A stretch of DNA of 64,000 nt, from positions 128,001-192,000 of the forward strand of contig CAVYBU010000004.1 in assembly GCA_963766735.1 (NCBI GenBank), given 5' to 3'. The translations under genes and the position numbers were made by a program. A model generated the notes under the pieces. That model was not told the DNA's origin, searched no databases, and saw nothing but the letters and a program-made list of their open reading frames with translations. This stretch comes from an uncultured Chloroflexia bacterium. Lineage in GTDB: Bacteria; Chloroflexota; Limnocylindria; Limnocylindrales; CSP1-4. Position 1 is the first letter of the stretch. The number at the start of each line of letters is the position of its first letter. Of the stretch, positions 7,885 through 16,225 are shown in pieces.

Positions 7885-9317
7885 CAGGCGGACGGCTCGT
7901 CGGGGGGCGGCTCGTCAGCGGAAGGAGGCTCGAGGGGCGCGATGCGCCTGATCTCGCGGATCCGCGCCGGCACGCCCACGGCCATCTTGCCGGCCGGCAC
8001 GTCCTTCGTCACGACGGCCCCGGCGCCGGTCTTCGAATCGTCGCCCAGCGTCACCGGTGCGCGCAGCATCGTGTCCACGCCCAGGAACACCCTCTCTCCG
8101 ATCGTCGTCCGGTGCTTGGCCACGCCGTCGTAGTTGGCGGTGATCGTGCCCGCACCCACGTTCGTGTCGGCGCCCACGTCCGCATCGCCCAGGTAGCTGG
8201 CGTGATGCTGGCGGACGTGCTCGCCCAGGCGGCTGTTCTTGATCTCGGCGAAATTGCCGATCTCCGAGCGCGCTCCCACGTGCGCACCGGGTCGCAGGTG
8301 GGAGAAGGGGCCGATCGTGACGTCGTCCTCCACGGTGGATCGTTCGATGACGCTGGCCCAGATTGTGCACCGCTCCCCGATGACGGAATCGAGGATCTGC
8401 GTTCCGCTCGCGATGCGGGTCCCGGCGCCAATCGTGGTCCGGCCGCGCAGGATCACGTTCGGGTCCAGGGCGACGTCCTCGGCGAGAACCACCGCGTGAT
8501 CCAGGTACACAGTCGAGGGATCGGCCATCGTGACGCCGGCCCGCATCCAGCGGTCGTTCATCTCGACGCGCATGTCCCACTCGGCGCGGGCAAGCTGGGC
8601 ACGATCGTTGATCCCGGTCAGGCGCCCGTCGTCGTCAACGTCCAGCGCCGCCACGATCCGTCCGTCCTCGCGTGCGAACGCCACGAGGTGCGTGAGGTAC
8701 AACTCGCCGGTTGCAGGCGAAGGACGCAGATCGCCGATCCGGCGGCGCAGCCAGGACGCGTCGATGGCATAGAGGCCGGCGTTGATCTCGCCGATCTGGA
8801 GTTCCTCCTCGGAGGCGTCCTTCTCCTCGACGATCCGCTCCACGGTGCCGGCCTCGTTCCTCACGACCCGCCCCAGGCCCGAGGGATCGATGGCGGCGAC
8901 GGAGACCAGGGCTATGGCCGCGTGATCCATGGACCGGGCCTCGAGCAGCGCCGTCAGCAGATCCGCGTCAACCAGCGGCACGTCGCCCGACAGGACCAGC
9001 ACCTCCTCGACGTCGTCGGCGAGGGCCGCCAGGGCCGCTCGCAGGGCGTCGCCCGTTCCGCGGGGCACGTCCTGGATGGCGGTATCCGCCGTCTCCGCAA
9101 CCGCGTCGCGGACCTGCTCGGTCGCGGGTGAGTAGACCACCAGCGGCCTGGCGTCGGTGGCTGCGACCGCCGCGTCCAGGACGTACTCGATCATCGGCCG
9201 ACCGCAGAGCCGGTGGAGGACCTTGGGCACGGTCGACTTCATCCGCGTGCCGAGTCCTGCGGCGAGCACAACCGCAATCGTGCGCCGCACGGGTGCACGG
9301 GAAGTCGATGGGGTCAC
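7884..9317 (-). CDS. glmU: Bifunctional UDP-GlcNAc pyrophosphorylase / glucosamine-1-P acetyltransferase
   Basis: LAAGLGTRMKS..PKVLH, GTGDA, SGDVP, hexapeptide repeats, SYLGDA and GAGTITANYDG. The start is uncertain (GTG 9317 or GTG 9290). Confidence 0.95.
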   Translation of the reverse strand: MTPSTSRAPVRRTIAVVLAAGLGTRMKSTVPKVLHRLCGRPMIEYVLDAAVAATDARPLVVYSPATEQVRDAVAETADTAIQDVPRGTGDALRAALAALADDVEEVLVLSGDVPLVDADLLTALLEARSMDHAAIALVSVAAIDPSGLGRVVRNEAGTVERIVEEKDASEEELQIGEINAGLYAIDASWLRRRIGDLRPSPATGELYLTHLVAFAREDGRIVAALDVDDDGRLTGINDRAQLARAEWDMRVEMNDRWMRAGVTMADPSTVYLDHAVVLAEDVALDPNVILRGRTTIGAGTRIASGTQILDSVIGERCTIWASVIERSTVEDDVTIGPFSHLRPGAHVGARSEIGNFAEIKNSRLGEHVRQHHASYLGDADVGADTNVGAGTITANYDGVAKHRTTIGERVFLGVDTMLRAPVTLGDDSKTGAGAVVTKDVPAGKMAVGVPARIREIRRIAPLEPPSADEPPPDEPSA

Positions 9318-9414
9318 AGGGTGGGGCGCCGAGCGGATCGCGTCCGGGCCGCCGCATGGGCTGCGGCGCCGGCGCCCGGGAAGGAGTCGGTGGTCGTCAT
9401 CTGAGGCGTGGCCG

Positions 9415-9443
9415 ATTTTGCGGTTGGTCGGCGGGGGTGTCAA
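9415..9443 (-). promoter_or_regulatory. Sigma70-type promoter upstream of glmU
   Basis: TTGACA (9443-9438), 17-nt spacer, CAAAAT (9420-9415). Confidence 0.6.
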
Positions 9444-9488
9444 ACGAAGGCTTGCGCCGGCAGCGCCTTCCGCCTGCCGCTGCCATCG

Positions 9489-9875
9489 TCATCGGTTCCC
9501 GCGCAGCGCGATCGCCTCGATCTCCACCAGGCCACCCTTGGGCAGCCCGGCGACCGCCACCGTGGAGCGAGCGGGAGGCGGATCCGGCATGAACCGGCCG
9601 TAGACGGCATTGACGGCGGCGAAGTCACCCATGTCCGCGAGGAAGACCGTGGTCTTCACGACGTCCTCCATGGACAGGCCCGCTTCGCCCAGGACCGCCG
9701 TGAGGTTCTTCATGGAGCGCTCGGCCTGTGCCTCCACCCCATCCGCCAGATTGCCCGTGGCGGGGTCAAGGCCGAGCTGGCCGCTGCAGAAGACGAGGCA
9801 GTCCATGGCGATGGCCTGGCTGTACGGGCCGATCGCATCCGGCGCGCCGGTCGTCGCGATGGCGTCTCGAATCAT
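9489..9875 (-). CDS. ridA: RidA/YjgF reactive-intermediate deaminase
   Basis: APDAIGPYSQA, SGQL, VVKTTVFL, PPARSTV.V..LPKG..VEIE. Confidence 0.93.
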   Translation of the reverse strand: MIRDAIATTGAPDAIGPYSQAIAMDCLVFCSGQLGLDPATGNLADGVEAQAERSMKNLTAVLGEAGLSMEDVVKTTVFLADMGDFAAVNAVYGRFMPDPPPARSTVAVAGLPKGGLVEIEAIALRGNR

Positions 9876-10939
9876 GGCTGTCTCCCTGGGTTCGTCGGTT
9901 CGATTGTCCTGGTGAGAATCCGGGCTGCCGCGACGAACGGTTCGCGCGGGCCGGGACCGGTGAGCGTGCCTTCGGCGATGGCAACCCGGACCTGGTCCGC
10001 GGCGTCGGCCGCCTCAGCATACGAAGCATAGAGCGCCCAGTGCGTGGGCCCGGAGCCCGACAGGCCGATGGGCCGACGGAGAAGCCTGAGGAGCGCCCGC
10101 TTGAAGGGGACAAGGGCCGGTGCGACGGTGATCGCCGCGGGAGCGAGGTCGTTCGCAGACGCCAGCACCGATGCACGCGCCATGAGGTCGGCAGCCCTCA
10201 TTCCCCTGCGCAGCTCCTCCGCCAGGTGGGCCGATGCGAGTCGCGCCGCGCCGCCGGCCACCCGTGCGCCCGCATCCCAGGCCCGGAACACCGCGGGCGT
10301 GGCAAGCTCGATGGCGGGCGTGACCAGCAGCAGCGCCGGGGCGGCGCGATCGGGCGAGGCGGCTCGATCGGGCGAGGCGGCTCGATCTGGGGCGGCGCGG
10401 AGCCAGCCGATCGGCGTCAGGCGCTCGCCGCGGCCTTCGGCCAGGGCCGGACCGCCGACCAGGAAGAACGGGACGTCCGATCCCAGCTCCTCGGCAAGCT
10501 GCAGACGAGTGGCCGCGTCCAGTTGAGCGCCCCACGCCTCGAGGGCGGCATCGACTGCGGCGGCCGCGTCCGATGACCCTCCGGCCAACCCTGCGGCGAC
10601 GGGGATCCGCTTCTCGAGGCGCGCGGCGAGGGCGGGCGGAGCCTCTGCGCGGCCCCATTCCGGGCGAACGTGGCGGCGCGCGGCGGCGATCGCCCGGAGA
10701 ACCATGTTGTCAACGGAGGGGCCCGGGTCGAAGCCTTCGACGTGGATCGAGTCCTCTCGTCCCGACGGCAGGACCGAGACCGACAGGCGATCTGCGAGGT
10801 CCAGCGGGACCATCACGCTGTGGAGGTCGTGGAAGCCGTCCGGACGGATCCCGAGGACGGCAAGCGTCACGTTGAGCTTCGCGGGCGCGAGCCGCACGAC
10901 GGGTGCGAGGCGGCGGTCCGGGTCCTGCGGGGCGGTCAC
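9872..10939 (-). CDS. ispE: 4-(CDP)-2-C-methyl-D-erythritol kinase
   Basis: APAKLNVTL, DGFH, KRIPVAAGLAGGSSDAAA, LGSDVPFF and LSGSGPT. The GTG start lies inside a 26-bp tandem duplication. Contains an internal 18-bp x3 insert (PDRAAS). Confidence 0.93.
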   Translation of the reverse strand: MTAPQDPDRRLAPVVRLAPAKLNVTLAVLGIRPDGFHDLHSVMVPLDLADRLSVSVLPSGREDSIHVEGFDPGPSVDNMVLRAIAAARRHVRPEWGRAEAPPALAARLEKRIPVAAGLAGGSSDAAAAVDAALEAWGAQLDAATRLQLAEELGSDVPFFLVGGPALAEGRGERLTPIGWLRAAPDRAASPDRAASPDRAAPALLLVTPAIELATPAVFRAWDAGARVAGGAARLASAHLAEELRRGMRAADLMARASVLASANDLAPAAITVAPALVPFKRALLRLLRRPIGLSGSGPTHWALYASYAEAADAADQVRVAIAEGTLTGPGPREPFVAAARILTRTIEPTNPGRQP

Positions 10940-10973
10940 GGGGCCGGGTCCTGCGGGGCGGTCACGGGGCCGG
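10918..10973. repeat. 26-bp tandem duplication spanning the ispE start codon
   Basis: ccgggtcctgcggggcggtcacgggg at 10918 and 10944. Confidence 0.9.
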
Positions 10974-11063
10974 ACGCGGGCACGACGTGCCGCGCGCATG
11001 AGACGTGCGGAGCGTACGGGGCGCGAGAGACGCGCGAGACGTGCGCGGCGGGCGGGCCGCTCA

Positions 11064-11966
11064 TCAGGCTTCCGGGATGGGGCCGATGGCTTCCGCCAGG
11101 GCCAACCACTCCCCCACCGCCAGCGTCTGCGGACGCCGGTCGCCCGCGATCCCGCACCCCGCGAGGGCGGCGTCGACGCGCTCCGCGTCGATCGGCAGCT
11201 GCCGCGACAGGACGTTGTGGAGCATCTTGCGCCGCTCCCGGAACCCGGCCTGGACGACGCGCCAGAGGTGGTCCTCGGCCTTGGGGTCAAGCCGGTCGTC
11301 CAGGGCATAGGGCTCAAGGACCAGCACCGCGGACTCCACCTTCGGAGCGGGTTCGAACGCGTCCCTCGGCACCCGGAACGCCACCCGGGCCCGGGCGTGG
11401 TACTGGACGAAGACGGAGAGATACGACATGCCGCCCGGCGCCGAGGCGATCCTCTCCCCCACCTCGCGCTGGACCATCAGCACGAGGCGCTCGGCGCGGG
11501 GGGCGCTGCCGAGGAGCCGGTGCAGGATGGGGCTGGTGATGTGGTACGGCAGGTTGGCCACCACGTCGTACGGGGGCGGGACGAGATTGACGAGGTCCTG
11601 GTCCAGGGCATCGTCCTCGACGAGGTGGAAGACACCGGACTCGGCCTCGGCCGCGAACCGCTCCCGCAGCACGGCGGCGAGCCCTCGGTCCAGCTCCACG
11701 GCCGTCACGTCCGCGCCGGCCGCAAGCAGCCCGCCGGTGAGGAACCCGAGGCCGGGCCCGATCTCCAGCACGGCGCGATCCGGGCCTGGGTCCGCCTCGT
11801 GAAGGATCGCTTCCAGCACGTCCACGTCCGCCAGGAAGTTCTGCGAGAGGTTGTGGCGGGCACGGAGTCCGGCCTGCCTCAGGGCACGCTGCACGAACTG
11901 CGGATCGAGGCGCAGGTCGCTGGCCCGGCGCGCGCCACCGGGCTCGCCGCGACGTTCGCCGTTCAT
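11064..11966 (-). CDS. rsmA: 16S rRNA m6,2A dimethyltransferase KsgA
   Basis: LSQNFL, VLEIGPGLG, VANLPYHIT, MVQREV, F.PAPKVES, F..RRKML.N. Confidence 0.95.
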   Translation of the reverse strand: MNGERRGEPGGARRASDLRLDPQFVQRALRQAGLRARHNLSQNFLADVDVLEAILHEADPGPDRAVLEIGPGLGFLTGGLLAAGADVTAVELDRGLAAVLRERFAAEAESGVFHLVEDDALDQDLVNLVPPPYDVVANLPYHITSPILHRLLGSAPRAERLVLMVQREVGERIASAPGGMSYLSVFVQYHARARVAFRVPRDAFEPAPKVESAVLVLEPYALDDRLDPKAEDHLWRVVQAGFRERRKMLHNVLSRQLPIDAERVDAALAGCGIAGDRRPQTLAVGEWLALAEAIGPIPEA

Positions 11967-13027
11967 CGAGCGAGCGGCAGTGAGGGCCGCGCGTCAAGGT
12001 CCAGGCCAGACCGGACACCGGCGGCGAACCGCCGGGCGCCGGCGGCGCCGATCATCGCGCCGTTGTCCGTGCACAGGCCCGGCCGCGGGATCACCATCGC
12101 GATGCCGCGGGCGTGCGCCTCGGCGCTGATCCGCGTCCGGAGCGCGGTGTTGGACGCCACCCCGCCCCCCAGCACGATCCCGCGGGCCCCGACCTCCTCC
12201 GCCGCACGGATCGTCTTGGCCGTCAGCACGTCGGTCACGGAATCCTGGAAGCCCCAGGCAAGCTCGGCCACGATCGCGCCTGGCAGCGTGCCCTCCCGTT
12301 CGTCGACCGGCAAGCCGGCGTCGGCCCGGGCCACTCCGATGATCCGCCGGGCGGCCGTCTTGAGGCCCGAGAAGCTGACGTCGTACGAGTCGCCGAGCCA
12401 GGCGCGCGGGAAGACCCGGTTCTTCGCCACCGCAGCCTCGGCCGCCCGCGAGATCGCCGGTCCGCCGGGATAGCCCAGGCCCAGGAGTCGCCCGACCTTG
12501 TCGAACGCCTCGCCGGCGGCGTCGTCGATCGTGCCGCCCAGATACCGGTAGTCGAGGTGGTCCCGCATCTCGACGAGGAACGTGTGCCCGCCCGAGACGA
12601 CCAGGGCGACCAGGGGGAACGGCGGCGCCTCCCGCTCCGCCTCGCCCGGATCCAGGAGCCAGCCGGCGTAGACATGGCCTTCGAGGTGATTGACCCCGAC
12701 CAGCGGTTTGCCATGGGCCCAGGCGAGCGCCTTGGCGAAGTTGATGCCAACCAGCAGCGAGCCCGCGAGACCCGGACCGTAGGTCACCGCCACCGCGTCC
12801 ACGTCGTTCATCGTGACGCCACCGGTCGCAAGGGCCTCGTCCAGGACCGGGACGATCCATCGGAGGTGGGCCCGCGCCGCGACCTCCGGCACGATGCCAC
12901 CGGTCGGGGCGTGGAGCGCGACCTGGCTCGCCACGACGTTGGAGTGGATGCGGCGGCCGTCCTCGACCAGGGCGATGCCGGTCTCGTCGCAGCTGGACTC
13001 CACCGCCAGGATCAGCGGACCAGTCAC
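11963..13027 (-). CDS. tsaD: t6A synthesis protein TsaD
   Basis: ILAVESSCDET, GGIVPEVAARAH, NHLEGH, VSGGHT, DDAAGEAFDK, CTDNGAMI. Confidence 0.96.
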   Translation of the reverse strand: MTGPLILAVESSCDETGIALVEDGRRIHSNVVASQVALHAPTGGIVPEVAARAHLRWIVPVLDEALATGGVTMNDVDAVAVTYGPGLAGSLLVGINFAKALAWAHGKPLVGVNHLEGHVYAGWLLDPGEAEREAPPFPLVALVVSGGHTFLVEMRDHLDYRYLGGTIDDAAGEAFDKVGRLLGLGYPGGPAISRAAEAAVAKNRVFPRAWLGDSYDVSFSGLKTAARRIIGVARADAGLPVDEREGTLPGAIVAELAWGFQDSVTDVLTAKTIRAAEEVGARGIVLGGGVASNTALRTRISAEAHARGIAMVIPRPGLCTDNGAMIGAAGARRFAAGVRSGLDLDARPSLPLAR

Positions 13028-13641
13028 GAGGTGGCTCGCAGCCGGCCTTGGGCGGCGGGTGCTGCCGCCGGCTTCGCCCCATCCAGCCTCGTGTCCGGGT
13101 TCGCGTCGGGCTCGGCGTCCGGCGGCGGGGCGGCATCGACCTCGGCGCGGAGGCGGGCCAGCCGTTCGAGCATCGCCGGGGTGGACAGCGGCTCCGTGGT
13201 CATGATCAACGCGTCTTCCTGGTTGTCGCTGTAGTAGCGCGGACGGATGCCAACGGGCCGGAAGCCGTACTTCTCGTACAGTCGGCGCGCCGGCAGGTTC
13301 GACAGCCGGACCTCGAGGGTCGCCTCTCGGGCGTGTCGGTCCACGGCGAGGTCCAGCAGGGCGATCAGCATCCGCTCACCGATCCGGCGACGACGGTAGG
13401 CCGGGTGGATGGCGAACGTCGTGACGTGGGCCTCGTCGACCATCAGCCAGATCCCGCCGTAGCCAACGACCCGTTCACCGATGAGCGACACGACGTAGTG
13501 CGCGAGGCGGTTCGCCTCCAGCTCCTGGCGATACGCCTGCGGAGGCCATGGGGTGGTGAACGAGGCTCGCTCGATCAGCTGCACGGACGGCAGATCCGCC
13601 TCGGTCATCGGCCGGATGCGCAGGACGGGCGTGCCGATCAC
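13024..13641 (-). CDS. rimI: Ribosomal-protein-alanine N-acetyltransferase
   Basis: F.TPW, EAHVTT.A.HP.YRR..IG, TLEVR.SN..A..LYEKYGF...G.R..YY.DN.EDALIM. Confidence 0.92.
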   Translation of the reverse strand: MIGTPVLRIRPMTEADLPSVQLIERASFTTPWPPQAYRQELEANRLAHYVVSLIGERVVGYGGIWLMVDEAHVTTFAIHPAYRRRRIGERMLIALLDLAVDRHAREATLEVRLSNLPARRLYEKYGFRPVGIRPRYYSDNQEDALIMTTEPLSTPAMLERLARLRAEVDAAPPPDAEPDANPDTRLDGAKPAAAPAAQGRLRATS

Positions 13642-14342
13642 GCCGACCCCTCCCCGCCGGTCATCTCCACGGCGCTCTCGGGGAGGACGGCGCGCACGCC
13701 CCGCGGCAACGTCACGTATTCCGGCACGAGATCGGCCAGGGAATCCGGATCACCCGCGGCGAACCGGGCAGCACCCGCGGCGAGCAACGCCGCCGCCAGC
13801 CCTTCGTGGGATCGCAGACCGAGCTCCGTGGCCTCCTCTGGTGCACGGCCATCCAGGTCCACGGCCACCAGGCGCTCGCCGGGACCGAGGTTGGGGTCGG
13901 TCCCGCCGGGCAGGATCACCGGGGGGGCGCCGGGCCGGCTCAGCACGCGATCGTTTGGACCAGCGGGCTGCAGCAGCGCGAGGGCGCCCGGCTCGAGCAC
14001 GATGCCGGCGATGGCCGCGGCGGCCGCCAGGAGCGCAGACCCGGTCGGCATCCCTACGATGGGCAGCCTGAGCGCGTGCGCCAGGCCTTTCGCGGTGGCG
14101 ATCCCGACCCGCAAACCCGTGAACGCGCCGGGCCCCGTGCCCACCACGACCCCACCGAGCGCCGCAGGCGCCTGATCGAGGTCCGTGAGCAGGGACTCGA
14201 TCCGGGCCAGGAGCTCCTCTCCGTGTCGGTAGCCGGCCACCCACCCGCGCTGCGTGACCAAGGTGCCGTCCGGCTCGCCCAGCGCGATCACCGCACGGGT
14301 GGTGGCCGTGTCGATCACGAGGAGCCGCCCTGTCGCGGTCAC
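13638..14342 (-). CDS. tsaB: t6A synthesis protein TsaB
   Basis: LLVIDTAT, H.E.LL and GTGPGAFTGLRVG. Its GTG overlaps the tsaE stop codon. Confidence 0.92.
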   Translation of the reverse strand: MTATGRLLVIDTATTRAVIALGEPDGTLVTQRGWVAGYRHGEELLARIESLLTDLDQAPAALGGVVVGTGPGAFTGLRVGIATAKGLAHALRLPIVGMPTGSALLAAAAAIAGIVLEPGALALLQPAGPNDRVLSRPGAPPVILPGGTDPNLGPGERLVAVDLDGRAPEEATELGLRSHEGLAAALLAAGAARFAAGDPDSLADLVPEYVTLPRGVRAVLPESAVEMTGGEGSA

Positions 14343-14815
14343 GCGGCAGCCACCAGGTACCGGCCGTACGACGGGTCTTCGGAACGCAACGTGATGCGGC
14401 GAGGCTCGTCGCCGGTGCCGTCGATCAGAACGTCCAGGCGCGCGACAGGCAGCGCGGGACCCAGACGCTCCGCCCACTCCACCAGGACGACACCCTCGGC
14501 CTGACGCTCGTCCAGGAGGCCACCCGCCAGGGCATCGGCCGCATCAGCAAGGCGGTACAGATCCAGGTGGAACAGCGGGAGCCGACCCTCGTACTCGGTC
14601 ATCAGGACGAAGGTCGGGGAGTTGACGATATCGGTGATCCCCAGCCCCACCGCGAACCCCTTGGCGAACTGCGTCTTGCCCGCACCGAGGTCCCCGATGA
14701 GGCAGAGCAGGTCCCCGGGGCGCGCGACGGCAGCCAGCCGTTCCGCCAGGGCCCGGGTGGCTGCAGGGTCGGTGGTGGTGGTGGTGGCGCACTCGGCATG
14801 CAAGGACGTGGACAT
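14339..14815 (-). CDS. tsaE: t6A synthesis ATPase TsaE
   Basis: GDLGAGKT, VNSPTF, HLDLYRL and VEW. ATG at 14815 lies 7 nt after TACCCT. Confidence 0.94.
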   Translation of the reverse strand: MSTSLHAECATTTTTDPAATRALAERLAAVARPGDLLCLIGDLGAGKTQFAKGFAVGLGITDIVNSPTFVLMTEYEGRLPLFHLDLYRLADAADALAGGLLDERQAEGVVLVEWAERLGPALPVARLDVLIDGTGDEPRRITLRSEDPSYGRYLVAAA

Positions 14816-15056
14816 CGAGCCGAGGGTAGCCGAACCCGGCGCCCGGCGCGGCTGCACGACGACGAGGTGGTCTGGCTGCGTGGCTGCGCGTCTGTGTGGC
14901 GGCACGGCCGCGTGGCCCCGACACTGCCGACCTCCGACATCGCCGACCTTCCCGGCCTCCGGGAACGGCGGGCCTCCGAGCACAGCGCCCCGCCCGCTAC
15001 CCCGCCCTGCGACTCTCCCGGCCCGCGCCCAAGCCCCGTGCCTGCGACTCCGATAT

Positions 15057-15150
15057 GTGTCATCGCCGGGGTGCTCACGCTCGGCTCGACGGTCGAACCC
15101 CGCGTTCAGGACGCGAGTCGCGCCTGGCCGGCGCCCCGGTGGCACATGGC
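15057..15150 (+). repeat. Conserved intergenic palindromic element, copy 2
   Basis: 87% identical to 6225-6318. The hairpin extends outward (cctgcgactc 15041-15050 / gagtcgcggg 15152-15161). Confidence 0.85.
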
Positions 15151-15199
15151 TGAGTCGCGGGACGCGGGCGGGGCGGGACGCGGTGTCCCGATCCCGGCG

Positions 15200-16225
15200 T
15201 CAGCGATAGCGCTCGAGGTCCCCGAGCGGCACCGCGACCGGATCCCCACCGTGGATCTCCACGAACGCGGCCTCGAGATGAACTCCCGCCGCGAACCGAC
15301 GCAGCCCGGCCGGGCCCAGGACCCGACCCTCGGCGCCGGCGTTGGGCCCGCTGCGGATCCGGACCCACGTCGGGTCGATCTCGACCGGCGCCGGGTCCTC
15401 GCCCTCGAGCACGAGGGCCGGAGGGTCAGTCAGCAGGGCCACCTCCCGCCCGGCGAACCGCCCCAGCAGGGCGATGATCGGACCCGGGATCGGGCGCCGG
15501 ATGGCGCCCTCCAGCGCCAGCACGCCGAAGGGCGGCGTCGGATGGAGCGCGGCACGCTGACGCCGCTCGGACGCCTGGAAGTCGCGCATCTCCTTGCCGG
15601 GCAGGGCCGCCACGACGATGCCGCGGACACCCATCGCCCGGGCCCGGGTCAGGGCCTCCGCATCGATACGTGATCCGACCACCAGGATGCTCCCAGCGCG
15701 TCCGACATCGATCCCGCCGGGCCGGAGGTCGCCAAACGGATCGGTCGCGAGCTCCAGGCGCCCGCGCGCAGCGGACCCGGCCGCGAACGCGCCCCGCAGG
15801 GCCCGTCCGTCAGGGCGCAGACGGATCTCGGCCCCGGGCCGGACCTCCATCACGACGCCCGCCACGGGCGACGGCACCGTCACTCTGTGGTCGCCGGCAA
15901 CCAGGCGCCACCGATCGGCCCGATCGGGGACCGGAGCGAGCAGCTCCCCCTCTATCTCCCGGTCCCTGCGGCGGCGGCCCGGGGGCAGGGTCCACCGGCT
16001 GCCCGGCAACGGTTGCTCGGCCTCGGACGCCTTGACCTCCACCACCTCGATCCGGCGATCGCGGAGGTGCTCCAGCAGGGGATCCCCGGCCAGCACCGCG
16101 CTCCCCGGCTCCACGAGCGGCCGGTCGCCGGGTGGGAGCGGGAACCGAGCCTCCAGGGAGTCCTCCAGGATGCGCCGCACCGGGATCTCGTCAAGCCAGC
16201 TCCACGCCGTGCGCGACTCGATCAC
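15200..16225 (-). CDS. Hypothetical protein with barrel-sandwich-hybrid-like motifs and a C-terminal KOW-like motif; partner of the GlmL-like gene
   Basis: Its GTG overlaps the upstream stop. Motifs VEPGSAVLAGDPL, SPVAGVV and VRIRSGPNAGAEGRV. Confidence 0.75.
   Translation of the reverse strand: MIESRTAWSWLDEIPVRRILEDSLEARFPLPPGDRPLVEPGSAVLAGDPLLEHLRDRRIEVVEVKASEAEQPLPGSRWTLPPGRRRRDREIEGELLAPVPDRADRWRLVAGDHRVTVPSPVAGVVMEVRPGAEIRLRPDGRALRGAFAAGSAARGRLELATDPFGDLRPGGIDVGRAGSILVVGSRIDAEALTRARAMGVRGIVVAALPGKEMRDFQASERRQRAALHPTPPFGVLALEGAIRRPIPGPIIALLGRFAGREVALLTDPPALVLEGEDPAPVEIDPTWVRIRSGPNAGAEGRVLGPAGLRRFAAGVHLEAAFVEIHGGDPVAVPLGDLERYR

Noticed and set aside
14816-15145. Long N-terminal extension of TsaE through the repeat element
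   Set aside because: tsaE has a well-placed -10 box and an ATG at 14815. The upstream frame is low-complexity and likely open by chance.
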